Below, in pieces: positions 8,510 through 17,710 of a DNA stretch of 64,000 bases. Within the stretch, counting starts at the first letter, position 1, and every line of letters begins with the position of its first letter. Below the pieces are notes generated by a model. That model saw nothing but the letters and a program-made list of their open reading frames with translations. It did no database searches and was not told where the DNA came from. The DNA lies in the IMG/VR virus record IMGVR_UViG_3300025030_000068, positions 1 to 64,000 of that record; one strand, 5' to 3'. This DNA is from a virus. Both the position numbers and the translations under genes were made by a program.

Positions 8510-10136
8510 TCCCAATTTCTACCCGACCCCTCCCCTGCTCGCGTCCCGCATGATCTCGAAGCTCAAAGGCCGGCCCAAGCGGGTGCTGGAGCCGTCCGCT
8601 GGCAAGGGCGATATCGTCAAGGCCATCGTCTCTCGCTTCTCGCATACCTCGCAGCCAGAGGTTTCCTGCATCGAGATCGACCCGGTGTTGCAGGCAACCC
8701 TGCGCGGCGACGGGCACCGGCTGATCGATACCGACTTCCTCGCCTACTCTGGAGCCGACAAGTTCGATGCAATTATCGCGAACCCTCCGTTCGACGCTGG
8801 CGACCTGCATCTTCTGAAAGCGATCGAGATCATGTATCGCGGCGAGATCGTCTTCCTGCTCAATGCCGAGACGCTGCGGAATCCGCATACCAATACCCGG
8901 AAGCTGCTGGCGCGGAAGCTGGAGGAGCTGGGCGCCTCCATCGAGTACCTGCCGAATCAGTTTGCCGGTGCCGAGCGGCGGACTGGCGTCGAGGTGGCGC
9001 TGATTCATATCCAGATCGACCAGTCCGTCTCCGATGATCTCTTTGCCGGAGTTGACGACTTCTCCGCCCGCTGTACCGAGAAGGTCGAGGAGAAGCACGA
9101 GCTGTCGACCGGGCGCACTCTGGAGGAGCTGGTCGCCGACTACAACGAGGTGGTCCGCGTCGGCACCGAGACCGTCGTCGCCTTCTATCGCAACTTCAAG
9201 AAAGTCGGCGGCTTCCTGCGCATGACTGATGCCGTCGAGAAGCTACGGATTTCGTCGTCGTCGGATGTGACCGGCATGATGCAGGACGCGGTCAATAAAC
9301 TGCTGATCGATGTCCGTGCCTGCTTCTGGCGGAAGACGCTGGACTTGAAGGAGGTCCGCAATCGTCTGACGACCAAGAAGGCTGCCGAGTTTGAACATGC
9401 TATGGCCGATCGCTGCTACATGGATTTCACTGAGTCGAACGTGCGCCAGTTCGTGCTGAACCTCATGGACTCCTACGAGCAGACGCTGACCGACGCCATC
9501 GTCGATATCTTCGACCTCTTCACGGTGCGGCATTGCTGGGGCGAGAGCGGCGTCCTTGAGAAAAACGTGCATTATTTTAACGGCTGGAAGACGAACAAGT
9601 CCTTCAAGGTGGGCCGGCGCGTCGTCGTGCCGATCCGGGGCGGCTGCTGCTCGACGGCGTTCTTTGACTATGGCCGCTGGCAGCTGGCGTATCAGGCCAA
9701 GGACCAGTTGCGCGATATTGATCTGGTGGCGTCTTACTTCTCCGGGCTCCGGGATTACACCTCCGAGGCACCAAACGTGGCATTCAGCGCCAACAAGCAT
9801 TACCTGTCCATGTCGGCTGCGCTCATGGCGGCGTTCAGCGCTGGTTCGAAGGCCGATCGGCACTCTGGCATCGAGGCGGGGCACTTCACCGTGACCGTCC
9901 ACAAGAAGGGGACCATCCATATCACCTTCAACGACGAGGACGTGCTGCGGCGCTTCAACTTCATTGCCTGTCGTGGCAAGGGCTGGCTGCCGTGCGACTA
10001 CGGCAAGAAGCGCTATCAGGAGCTGTCGGCACCGGAGAGGGCGGTCGTGGACGCCTTTGAGGGCGAGCGGTCCTATACCGCTGCGCTGGGGCGCCCGGTC
10101 TTTGCTCCCTCGGCGCTGTTGCAGATCGCGGCGTAA
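8499..10136 (+). CDS. Class I SAM-dependent (N6-adenine-type) DNA methyltransferase with DUF4942-like C-terminus
   Basis: FYPTP, VLEPSAGKG, IIANPPF motifs; C-terminal HKKGTIHITF typical of this family. Confidence 0.85.
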   Translation: MLNNPNFYPTPPLLASRMISKLKGRPKRVLEPSAGKGDIVKAIVSRFSHTSQPEVSCIEIDPVLQATLRGDGHRLIDTDFLAYSGADKFDAIIANPPFDAGDLHLLKAIEIMYRGEIVFLLNAETLRNPHTNTRKLLARKLEELGASIEYLPNQFAGAERRTGVEVALIHIQIDQSVSDDLFAGVDDFSARCTEKVEEKHELSTGRTLEELVADYNEVVRVGTETVVAFYRNFKKVGGFLRMTDAVEKLRISSSSDVTGMMQDAVNKLLIDVRACFWRKTLDLKEVRNRLTTKKAAEFEHAMADRCYMDFTESNVRQFVLNLMDSYEQTLTDAIVDIFDLFTVRHCWGESGVLEKNVHYFNGWKTNKSFKVGRRVVVPIRGGCCSTAFFDYGRWQLAYQAKDQLRDIDLVASYFSGLRDYTSEAPNVAFSANKHYLSMSAALMAAFSAGSKADRHSGIEAGHFTVTVHKKGTIHITFNDEDVLRRFNFIACRGKGWLPCDYGKKRYQELSAPERAVVDAFEGERSYTAALGRPVFAPSALLQIAA

Positions 10137-10142
10137 TTCCGG

Positions 10143-10171
10143 TTGCTTCCGTCTCTCCCTTTTGATACTAT
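10143..10171 (+). promoter_or_regulatory. Possible sigma70 promoter followed by an operator-like site at 10188-10201
   Basis: TTGCTT-17 nt-TACTAT; GTCCCCTATGTCGA downstream overlaps the next start codon. Confidence 0.45.
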
Positions 10172-10400
10172 CTCAAACCTTGGAGGTGTCCCCTATGTCG
10201 AATCTCTCCGCTTCTCGCCACCGGCCCGCGACCGCTGATCTCGTTCAGCGCGACCGGGTGATTGTTTATTCCTCTTCCTCCTCCCCGGTGTTCCATCTGG
10301 GGGGAGGTTTTTCTGCCGAACAGGCCGACGATATTAGCGACTACTGCGGGGCGCATCTGCTTTCGGCTGCCGAGTTCGTCGATATCGTGACTGGAGGTGT

Positions 10401-10628
10401 GTGATGGACTACGAAGGAAGGCTTTACGGTAAGCTGCGCGGTGTCTGCATTCCTCTTGTGCAGACCACGGAAGACATTGAAAAATTACAGAGGGACCGGG
10501 ACGAGTTGCTTGCGGCTCTGGAGCGTGTTGTCGAATACCATGTTCCTAAAATTAACCCTCTGTCCGATGCCGTGATCTTGTCTGCCCGTGCCGTCATCGA
10601 CAAGATGGTAATTAAGGAGGTCGCATGA
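10401..10628 (+). CDS. Hypothetical protein
   Basis: Coupled ORF with RBS GGAGG. Confidence 0.55.
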   Translation: MMDYEGRLYGKLRGVCIPLVQTTEDIEKLQRDRDELLAALERVVEYHVPKINPLSDAVILSARAVIDKMVIKEVA

Positions 10629-10924
10629 AACGTCAAGAATTTATCGATGCCGTGACCGATGCCGGCTGGGTGCCTCGCAATGACGCGCAATTCGCACGGA
10701 TCGGGTTTCTCTGGAAGGAACTGTTTCCGAAGGATGCCGAGATTGAGCATCTTTCTGATGTGGAAGACCGTGCGATTGAACTGCAACGGCAACGCGACCA
10801 TTTGATGTTGGCGCTGAAACCGTTCGCCGTTTTCGCGTGCGAGGTCGCTCCAGGTGAGGATGCTTGCAGCTGTCATAACTGTCGGGCAAAGTATGTTATT
10901 GCCAAGATCAAGGAGGACGCATGA
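10625..10924 (+). CDS. Hypothetical protein
   Basis: ATGA-coupled ORF with RBS AAGGAGG. Confidence 0.55.
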   Translation: MKRQEFIDAVTDAGWVPRNDAQFARIGFLWKELFPKDAEIEHLSDVEDRAIELQRQRDHLMLALKPFAVFACEVAPGEDACSCHNCRAKYVIAKIKEDA

Positions 10925-11301
10925 AGATCACCTCCCGCGTCCTCACCGATGCCGTCCTGGCCGCCAACCAGTCTGTTCTTGCCGATTACCCTTCCGGGCT
11001 GCGCGTCGTCGGTCCTGACGGCAACGGCCTCTATTCGATGCAACTGATCCCGCGCAAGACCGGGGCGCATCCGCCGGTCATCCTTTGCTACAGCCCGCCG
11101 CGTGAGGCATACGTCGCGATGCAGGCGGTGCTGGCTGCGCTGCCGGTGGTCCGGGGGATCGCCGATAATCTCTTGTCCTGCGCTGCTGTTCGTCTTGCCG
11201 ATGTCGCCCGGCGCCCGGAAGGGTGGACGAAGGCCGAGCATGACCGTTCTCTTGATGCCGCTGTTGGTTCGGTGCGGTTCCTGACGGGAGGTGTCCCATG
11301 A
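10921..11301 (+). CDS. Hypothetical protein
   Basis: ATGA-coupled ORF with RBS AGGAGG. Confidence 0.6.
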   Translation: MKITSRVLTDAVLAANQSVLADYPSGLRVVGPDGNGLYSMQLIPRKTGAHPPVILCYSPPREAYVAMQAVLAALPVVRGIADNLLSCAAVRLADVARRPEGWTKAEHDRSLDAAVGSVRFLTGGVP

Positions 11302-11633
11302 TCGCCGGGCATCGAGCATATCTGTCAGGCCCCATGACGAATATTTCCGATTTCAACCGCCCACAGTTCTTCCTGGCTGAGTCGCTCCTCCTCGCCTCCG
11401 GTGCCGCCTCGGTCTTCAACCCGGCCCGGCATCCCGACGGCCTGACGTGGGAGGAGTATATGGCGCTGGATATCGCCGGTATGCACGATTGCACTGCCTT
11501 CGTTCGCCTGCCGGGGTGGGAGGCGTCCCGTGGCGCCCGGATCGAGAACGCTCTGGCTGCCGATCGGGGCCTGCTGGTCCTCGACTTGCCTCCTTGTGTC
11601 CTGAGTGTTCCCTTTATCAAAACCACCAGTTAG
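11298..11633 (+). CDS. DUF4406-family (nucleoside deoxyribosyltransferase-like fold) protein
   Basis: YLSGPMT..DFNRPQF...VFNPA...WEEYM...LPGWEASRGARIE. Confidence 0.8.
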   Translation: MIAGHRAYLSGPMTNISDFNRPQFFLAESLLLASGAASVFNPARHPDGLTWEEYMALDIAGMHDCTAFVRLPGWEASRGARIENALAADRGLLVLDLPPCVLSVPFIKTTS

Positions 11634-11658
11634 TGCGGGTTTCTTTTCTCTATTGAAG
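11620..11658 (+). promoter_or_regulatory. Phage-specific promoter-like repeat, copy 3 (abutting operator 11607-11620)
   Basis: GTGTTCCCTTTATCA-AAACCACCAGTTAGTGCGGGTTTCTTTTCTCTATTGAAG. Confidence 0.75.
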
Positions 11659-11709
11659 AGGCTGATCTCTCCCACTAACTGATGCGCCAGCAGGCGCTTG
11701 GAGGTTCCC

Positions 11710-12141
11710 ATGTTTAATGCCAAAGCGTTCTATCTTCGCCAACTCCGTTCAACCGTCGACGCGCTGGCTCTGGCCAAGGAGGAGGCTGCCGTCGAGATCG
11801 CCAAAGACCCGATCCACTTCATGAGCTGGGGCGGCAACGTCTCGTTCGTCGATGCCGGTGGCCACAAGTGTAGCTGCAACGTCGTCGTGCAGGCGTTCAA
11901 GGCCCGCATCGCTATCTCCCTTCTGGACGCCGAGGCTAATGGCAATCTCATTGAGTCCGCCAAGCTCCTGCGCGAGCGGATGATCGACACGCAGCTGCGC
12001 TTCTCCGGCGGCACGTCAACCAGCGCCTTCTCGAATGCCGTGGATATGCTGGAGGCGGATGCTCGCCGCGACCTGCTTTGCAACTTTGGACCGCTGACTG
12101 CCGAGGCGATTCGTTCGCTTGAAGAGGAGGTCGCCCCATGA
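11710..12141 (+). CDS. Hypothetical protein
   Basis: RBS GGAGG before ATG 11710. Confidence 0.6.
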   Translation: MFNAKAFYLRQLRSTVDALALAKEEAAVEIAKDPIHFMSWGGNVSFVDAGGHKCSCNVVVQAFKARIAISLLDAEANGNLIESAKLLRERMIDTQLRFSGGTSTSAFSNAVDMLEADARRDLLCNFGPLTAEAIRSLEEEVAP

Positions 12142-12452
12142 AAGGTCTTATCTGCTCCATCATGAAAGCCAAGGACTTCCCCGACTGCTCCTGCGACGGC
12201 GTGTCGTCCCGGTTCGCGCAGGTCACTCTCTGCGGTCCCGATATCGAAGGCGTCTTTGAGCCGTCCCCGGACGCGCCGGAGGTCAACCTCGTGAAACGCA
12301 ATCTGTTCCGGGATGAAATCTATGTCCATGCCCGGCCCGCCGAAATTCCCGCCGGCACTCACTCTGCGATGGGTGGCTGCTTCATCTGGTCGTGCGATGC
12401 CCGCTTTCCGTCGTCGCAGCCGATCCCGCTTCACGACCGAGTCGAAAATTAA
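12138..12452 (+). CDS. Phage hypothetical protein
   Basis: DCSxxGVSSRF...MGGCFIWSCDARF...PIPLHDRVE; coupled ORF. Confidence 0.65.
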   Translation: MKGLICSIMKAKDFPDCSCDGVSSRFAQVTLCGPDIEGVFEPSPDAPEVNLVKRNLFRDEIYVHARPAEIPAGTHSAMGGCFIWSCDARFPSSQPIPLHDRVEN

Positions 12453-12466
12453 TTCTGGAGGAAGTT

Positions 12467-13111
12467 ATGGAGTTCATGTCGTTTACAGAGCAAAGGCTTT
12501 CGAGGTCTGGAAAGAGACGGCTTCGTTATGGGCTTTTTAGGTGTCCACGGTGCGGCGAGGTTAGCGAGAAGATGGTCAGTGATGGGAAGAAACAAAAGAC
12601 TTGCGGTTGCTTGAAGCAGTTCATGGTGTCTCATGGGCATGCGCTTGTGCCTGGGACAAAAAAACAGACCCCTCTTTTCCAAGTCTGGAGCGCGATGAAG
12701 TCTCGCTGTTATTCTCCTGCAAATGTTTATTTTCGCAGGTACGGTGGACGTGGAATTTATATCTGCTCTGAATGGCTCAATAGCCCGGCATCCTTCTTCC
12801 TCTGGTGTGAATCTAATGGATGGGAAAAGGGATTACATATAGACCGAATCGATAATGACGGTCCCTATGGTCCCGAAAATTGTCAGTTCATTTCATGCCG
12901 AGACAATAACCGCAAAAGATCGTCCGTGAAGCTTACAGTGGTAGACGCCATTAAAATTCGCAAGCTTCGCAGCGAGGGCATTTCATGTAAAAGGCTGAGT
13001 AATGATTATAACGTTTGCTCCTCTACCATAAACGCAGTGGTGAGTAATAGAACATGGAAAATTAACGACACTGATCTGGAGGTACCCACATGCAATCCCA
13101 CTACGCGATAA
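12467..13111 (+). CDS. HNH homing-endonuclease-like protein
   Basis: TCGC, WSAMKSRC, YGGRGIYIC, IDRIDNDGPYGPENC; lower GC than neighbours. Confidence 0.85.
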   Translation: MEFMSFTEQRLSRSGKRRLRYGLFRCPRCGEVSEKMVSDGKKQKTCGCLKQFMVSHGHALVPGTKKQTPLFQVWSAMKSRCYSPANVYFRRYGGRGIYICSEWLNSPASFFLWCESNGWEKGLHIDRIDNDGPYGPENCQFISCRDNNRKRSSVKLTVVDAIKIRKLRSEGISCKRLSNDYNVCSSTINAVVSNRTWKINDTDLEVPTCNPTTR

Positions 13112-13437
13112 ACGTCTCCCGCAACGGTAAGTTCTTCTTCCGGACCGGCACCGAAATCGTCTCGCCCGATGTCGCCGAGGAGGTTGTCACCGAGTTGCGG
13201 CGGTGCCTCCTCCCTGTCGACGGCTTTGTCGTCACCTGCCACCACTGGACGTGCTCCGGGCATGTGTATATGCCGGCTACCGCAGAGCCGGAGCATTCGG
13301 TCACTGGTCCCCTGATCGCCCGGTGCCCGTCCTGCGCTTCCCGCTGCATCATGTCGCCGAACGATCCTCTCTTTGTCTGCGCTGAGTGCGGCGTGGAGTT
13401 CTCTGTCGCTGTTCTCAGCATCAAGGAGGGTTTATGA
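13090..13437 (+). CDS. Hypothetical protein with C-terminal Zn ribbon
   Basis: CPSC...CAECG. Confidence 0.55.
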   Translation: MQSHYAINVSRNGKFFFRTGTEIVSPDVAEEVVTELRRCLLPVDGFVVTCHHWTCSGHVYMPATAEPEHSVTGPLIARCPSCASRCIMSPNDPLFVCAECGVEFSVAVLSIKEGL

Positions 13438-13739
13438 GTAAGCCATCTGGCGAGTTCGCTGTCTCTCCCCTGTCTCGCGAGGCATTTGTTGAGACCTATG
13501 GCGACAATACCGTCTTCACCGAGGACTGGACTGGTCCCCGCTTCCGCTACGGCTACCGCAATCGTCCGTTCGCCCTGTGCCACCAACCGCGCGGCTGGAT
13601 AATCGGTGGAATCGATAGCGACTTCCGCGACCCCGTGGCCGGCGTTCGGCATGGATGTGTCGACTACCCTTTTGAGCTGACCGCTGACGAGGTCTATTCG
13701 TTCGAGCTGGTCTTTCTTGGCGAGGTGTCCATCCCGTAG
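13434..13739 (+). CDS. Stand-alone DarA C-terminal-like domain protein
   Basis: FRYGYRNRPFALCHQPRG...RHGCVDYPFELTADEVYSFELV matches the DarA_C pattern (YxxxxRPxxxGxxPxG...YGxxxYxxxLTxxExxxYEL). Confidence 0.6.
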   Translation: MSKPSGEFAVSPLSREAFVETYGDNTVFTEDWTGPRFRYGYRNRPFALCHQPRGWIIGGIDSDFRDPVAGVRHGCVDYPFELTADEVYSFELVFLGEVSIP

Positions 13740-13866
13740 TTTTTTCCTGTGTTTGCTCTCCTTTTGTCACCACCTTTTGTGATATCATCGCGCCCGGCCA
13801 CTTGTGCCGGGCCTTCCCTCTCAGTGCCCCTGCGGCCTCTTCCTTTCCCCTGCCAAGGAGTTTCCC

Positions 13867-14649
13867 ATGTCTGCCTGCCCGTCCTGCCAAGCTACCGTCA
13901 AGAAAGGTTCCAGTTTTTGCCGCTACTGTGGCCACCAGCTCCCGGTGGTCGTCGGCGTGTCCTATCCCTACGGCATCCGGTTCCCGTCAGCTTTCGGCGA
14001 TGCTGCTGTCGTTGCTCTGGCTCGCACCGCTCCAAGGTATTCTCTCGACGTTTCCCTTGCTGGAGTATTCCATGTTGCCCTCTACGACCGCCTGACGCTT
14101 CCGCAGCTGGCCGATCTCCACCGGGCGGCGTTCCTTGCCTTGCCTCGCGGCTCCATCATGCATACCGTCGACGGCAGGACGTTTTTCGGCGGTTCCTCGT
14201 TCTGGGCCTGCATGTCCCGGCGGCTGAATGAGGAGGGAGTCTTCGGCGGCGAGGTCGAGCACTGGTCCGCTCGCTGCCATTCCTTTTTCGGCTGCATCTC
14301 GTCACAGAAGCGGCAGCATGCGATGTATCACCGCGAGGGCTGGGAGGTCTTCTATCCGGGCCGGCATGGGCGCTTCGCCGACTCCGTGAGCGGTGGCGAG
14401 GCGAACCCTTGCCCGGAGGTAGATGCGGGTCGCCACCAGTTCTTCTACCCGGACCGGGCGAAGATTCAGGCCGAGGTGCTGCAGCTGGCGAAGCGCTCTG
14501 GCTGCAACCGGTGCCCGATGTTCTCCCCGGCGTATCTGGCGCAGCAGATGAAGAAGATCCCGCTCGTGCTGGAGTTCGGCGTGACTCCGGATTGCGGCTG
14601 GTTCCGCTGTCAGCTGCATGGCGATGCGGCGTGGTTGCGGGTTTATTGA
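13867..14649 (+). CDS. Zinc-ribbon domain protein
   Basis: MSACPSCQATVKKGSSFCRYCG; RBS AAGGAG. Confidence 0.65.
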   Translation: MSACPSCQATVKKGSSFCRYCGHQLPVVVGVSYPYGIRFPSAFGDAAVVALARTAPRYSLDVSLAGVFHVALYDRLTLPQLADLHRAAFLALPRGSIMHTVDGRTFFGGSSFWACMSRRLNEEGVFGGEVEHWSARCHSFFGCISSQKRQHAMYHREGWEVFYPGRHGRFADSVSGGEANPCPEVDAGRHQFFYPDRAKIQAEVLQLAKRSGCNRCPMFSPAYLAQQMKKIPLVLEFGVTPDCGWFRCQLHGDAAWLRVY

Positions 14650-14665
14650 CTAAGGAGATTGTGCG

Positions 14666-14923
14666 ATGAAACTTGGTATTGGTTCTCTTGAGACTTGTAA
14701 CGAGACGGGGATTGTGACCTTCGATTGTGGCTGCCGGTTCAATCCTGAAACGCATGAGGTTTGGCCGTCGTCATCGTGTCGACCCTCTCCACGGCAAGAG
14801 TCCGTGGAGAGGCACGAGGATGGGTCTTCTAAGTATGTTCGCGAGGCTCGCTCTGCTCGGCACTCGATGGATGTGAGCTATTATTTTTGGCGTGCTCAAG
14901 AGATCATTGATGCTTCAGGTTAA
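14666..14923 (+). CDS. Hypothetical protein
   Basis: RBS TAAGGAG. Confidence 0.55.
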   Translation: MKLGIGSLETCNETGIVTFDCGCRFNPETHEVWPSSSCRPSPRQESVERHEDGSSKYVREARSARHSMDVSYYFWRAQEIIDASG

Positions 14924-14961
14924 AACCACCAGTTAACGCGGGTTTCTTTTCTCTATTGAAG
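14923..14961 (+). promoter_or_regulatory. Phage-specific promoter-like repeat, copy 4
   Basis: AAACCACCAGTTAACGCGGGTTTCTTTTCTCTATTGAAG plus hairpins GAAGG-GATGAT-CCTTC and GCCCC-AGCG-GGGGC. Confidence 0.75.
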
Positions 14962-15009
14962 GGATGATCCTTCCGAATTCAGATGCCCCAGCGGGGGCCG
15001 GAGGTTGCT

Positions 15010-15240
15010 ATGTTGACGACGGAGAAGATTTGCACCGGCCAGTTTCGTGTTTGCTGGAACGGCGCGGCTACCGAATGGACGATCATTAACGGCTGTGCCG
15101 GTGTCAGTGGGCGCGATTCTGCCAACCACTACGGCGTGCTGAAGGATGGGAGTACTTCTCCTCGCTGGATCGGTTCTCTGATTGCCTGCAAGAAATCGCT
15201 GGCGTTAACGTTTCGAAACGCGGACAAGGTGAAGCCTTGA
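15010..15240 (+). CDS. Hypothetical protein
   Basis: RBS GGAGG before ATG 15010. Confidence 0.55.
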   Translation: MLTTEKICTGQFRVCWNGAATEWTIINGCAGVSGRDSANHYGVLKDGSTSPRWIGSLIACKKSLALTFRNADKVKP

Positions 15241-15566
15241 AAGGTAACACCTACGCTGTCGTCATCCGAATTGAGACAATCAGGAAGCGCCTCACCGACG
15301 GTGGGGCGCTAAACTGCGGCGATATTGCCGCTCTCTTCGACGTCTCGCTGAAGACAGCCCAGCGCGACATTGAGTTCCTTCGCTCGTTTTACGGCCTCAC
15401 CATTGACTATGACGCGAGTCGTCGCGCACTGTACTTGGCTGCTCCTGCCCCACCTTATCCGCCTCCGCTGGACAGCGATGTATCTTCTTCTGTCCGTGGT
15501 CGGTATCCGAAAAAGCCGGAGCGCAATGCTCCGGCCTTTTTTGCGTTTTTTACTTATTTTTCGTAA
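15237..15566 (+). CDS. Winged-HTH protein resembling the N-terminus of WYL/PafB regulators, lacking the WYL domain
   Basis: IAALFDVSLKTAQRDIEFLRSFYGLTIDYDASRRALYL. Confidence 0.6.
   Translation: MKGNTYAVVIRIETIRKRLTDGGALNCGDIAALFDVSLKTAQRDIEFLRSFYGLTIDYDASRRALYLAAPAPPYPPPLDSDVSSSVRGRYPKKPERNAPAFFAFFTYFS
15510..15542. terminator. Bidirectional intrinsic terminator
   Basis: AAAAAGCCGGAGC-GCAAT-GCTCCGGCCTTTTTT at the convergence of operons. Confidence 0.8.
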
Positions 15567-15756
15567 GGTGTTCCTTGTACTCCGTCCTTACTGCCAAAAT
15601 GCCCTTTGGATTTTCTCCCTTTCTTTGTGCCTTCAACCATAGGCCGATAAGTGTGTCGATATTGTAAATCACGCCGACCGCTTTTTTCCCCGCCAGCATT
15701 TTCGCCACTACTCGGTGATGCCCATCGATAACCATCGGCCTCTGAATCTTTATCAT
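15550..15756 (-). pseudogene. Out-of-frame C-terminal half of the ParB/Srx-like domain of the MuF protein
   Basis: PMVIDGHHRVVAKMLAG continues IPPVLVE... of the main ORF in the +1 frame. Confidence 0.65.
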
Positions 15757-17710
15757 CCTTCAACCCTTCTACGAGAACCGGCGGGATAGCGGTGCCCTTC
15801 CTTTCTTCCGCAGCCAATTCCTGAATCTTCTTGTCACTCCCCGGCATAACCCCTTTTTTATCGAACTCCTTATAATCCTCCCAGTCGTCCCACTCTGAAG
15901 GATCGACGTCTTTAAGAGGGATATGGTCGTGGATGATCCTCTTTGGCTGAATCTTGGAACTGAAATGTTCGTCAAGCATTTCCGCTACGTATTTATCCAG
16001 AAATGCGGTTGCCTTCAATCGCTTTGCGTCTGCATGCATCTGCTCTGTGTTGATCATTTTATGTGGTGGAAGTTTTGTCGGCTGCGCGGGTGGGACATAA
16101 TGCGTCTCCCCCAGCACCGTCCGGGGCTCGCCGCCTCTGATCTCCGCCTCGATCCGCTTCCGGCTGGCGGCTGCCGTCTCTTTCGGCTTCCGGGGCTTGC
16201 TGGCGGCCTTCTTCCCTTCCTGTGCAGCATCCTTCCCCGGCTCGACCTTCTTCTTCGCCACCGTCCGCAGCAGCGCCATCGGGTGCCCGATGCGGCCCTT
16301 CGGCTTCTTGCCGTCCCCGGTGGCTGACTTCCTCTTCCGCAGCAGCGCGACGAGTGCGTGGTGGTGACCTGCGGGCGCTACCGGCGTCTTCTTGCTGCGG
16401 CTGTCGTCGTGTTCGTTGACGACGGTGCCGTCCTTGCGCGTGTAGGTTTTGACGTGGGACTTGGCGATCGTCGCATTGCCGCGATTCTTCTTCTGCAGGT
16501 ACCACGGCTCGTGCCCGGAAAAAGGAAACGGGCCAAGGCAAGCACAGAACGGGTGGATCAGCCCGGCCACCGCCTTAAGCGTCTCCTGCCCATCCTCACG
16601 GCCTCCCGGCACCGCCTTGCCGCCCTTCACCGGGTGCGCCTTGCGACCGATGTTCATGCCGTTGCCGATCAGCTCCGCCAGGTCGAAGATGCGCGGCGTG
16701 CCGTCCTCCTCCAGGTATAGGTGTTTGCATTGGGCGCAGGCCGTCGGCAGCGGCATCTTGTAGACGAGTTGCTGCGGCCCGTGCTGTTCCAGTATCTGCA
16801 TCGCCTGCCCCTGCTTCTGGGCGTCGGTGATCTCGAAGAAGGCGACCCGGTCCCAGTCGCGGCTCTTGTCGTCCATCGCGTGATACAGCTCCGAGCTGAA
16901 TCCCTGCCAGGTGTTGACCTGCCGCTCCGGGATGGCGATGCCAAGCGCCTCCTTCTTCTCCCGGTCCAGCACCTTCGCCTGCAGCCGCTGTTCGTGGAAG
17001 TCGATCGCCATGTTGCGGATGATGGTGCGGTTGCGGTCGGCGATGATCTCTCCAGCCAGCTTCGCCGTGTCGTCACCGAGCGCCGTGATGTAGTTGGCGG
17101 TCTGCTGCTCGGCGATGGCGATCGCGTGGATATCCGGCGTCAGCAGCGGCATGGTGGCTGCCAGCTTCATGATCTCGGCAAAACTGCCGCCCTGCTCGAC
17201 CGCCTGCCATGCCCGGCCAAAGGTGAAGGCGTTGTGGATGATGCGGCCTTCGGTCCCGACCGCCAGCGCGAAGTCCTGCGGGGTGACGTCCGGCGCGATC
17301 CAGCCTTCCGCCTGCCAGCGTGTGAGGAGGTCTTGCGGCGGCGTGTAGTCTCCCTGTATCTGCGCGGCGATGAATCCGAAGCGGTCCCGGACTACCTGCA
17401 GCAGATCGGCGATCTCCTCTTTCGTCAGGGGACGGGTTGGGCCGATGGACTTGATCAGCTCCGCTCCCTGTAGCCGACGCTCGACCGCTCGCTTGATATC
17501 GATGGCGGCCAGCCCGTACTCATGCCGGAACTGTCGCAGCAGTTCGCGAGTCGGCGCGTCCCGTGGCTCCTTCGGGCCGTCGCAGCTACAGCCGGCGGCC
17601 TTGAGTAGCGCGTCCGCGACTTCGGCCTCGATCCCCTGTGCGGAGACGAGGCCGAGGACGGCTTTCTGGAGCTGGTCGTTGGTCAGGTTGTGGCTGATTT
17701 TAAGTTTCAT
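15554..17710 (-). CDS. MuF/SPP1 gp7-like head morphogenesis protein with C-terminal extension (ParB/Srx-like domain split by a frameshift)
   Basis: In the head module downstream of portal; RDWDRVA, ACAQCKHLYL and IHPFCAC motifs; then IAKSHVKTYTRKDGTVVNEHDDSR and a lower-GC cargo. Confidence 0.75.
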   Translation of the reverse strand: MKLKISHNLTNDQLQKAVLGLVSAQGIEAEVADALLKAAGCSCDGPKEPRDAPTRELLRQFRHEYGLAAIDIKRAVERRLQGAELIKSIGPTRPLTKEEIADLLQVVRDRFGFIAAQIQGDYTPPQDLLTRWQAEGWIAPDVTPQDFALAVGTEGRIIHNAFTFGRAWQAVEQGGSFAEIMKLAATMPLLTPDIHAIAIAEQQTANYITALGDDTAKLAGEIIADRNRTIIRNMAIDFHEQRLQAKVLDREKKEALGIAIPERQVNTWQGFSSELYHAMDDKSRDWDRVAFFEITDAQKQGQAMQILEQHGPQQLVYKMPLPTACAQCKHLYLEEDGTPRIFDLAELIGNGMNIGRKAHPVKGGKAVPGGREDGQETLKAVAGLIHPFCACLGPFPFSGHEPWYLQKKNRGNATIAKSHVKTYTRKDGTVVNEHDDSRSKKTPVAPAGHHHALVALLRKRKSATGDGKKPKGRIGHPMALLRTVAKKKVEPGKDAAQEGKKAASKPRKPKETAAASRKRIEAEIRGGEPRTVLGETHYVPPAQPTKLPPHKMINTEQMHADAKRLKATAFLDKYVAEMLDEHFSSKIQPKRIIHDHIPLKDVDPSEWDDWEDYKEFDKKGVMPGSDKKIQELAAEERKGTAIPPVLVEGLKDDKDSEADGYRWASPSSGENAGGEKSGRRDLQYRHTYRPMVEGTKKGRKSKGHFGSKDGVQGTPYEK

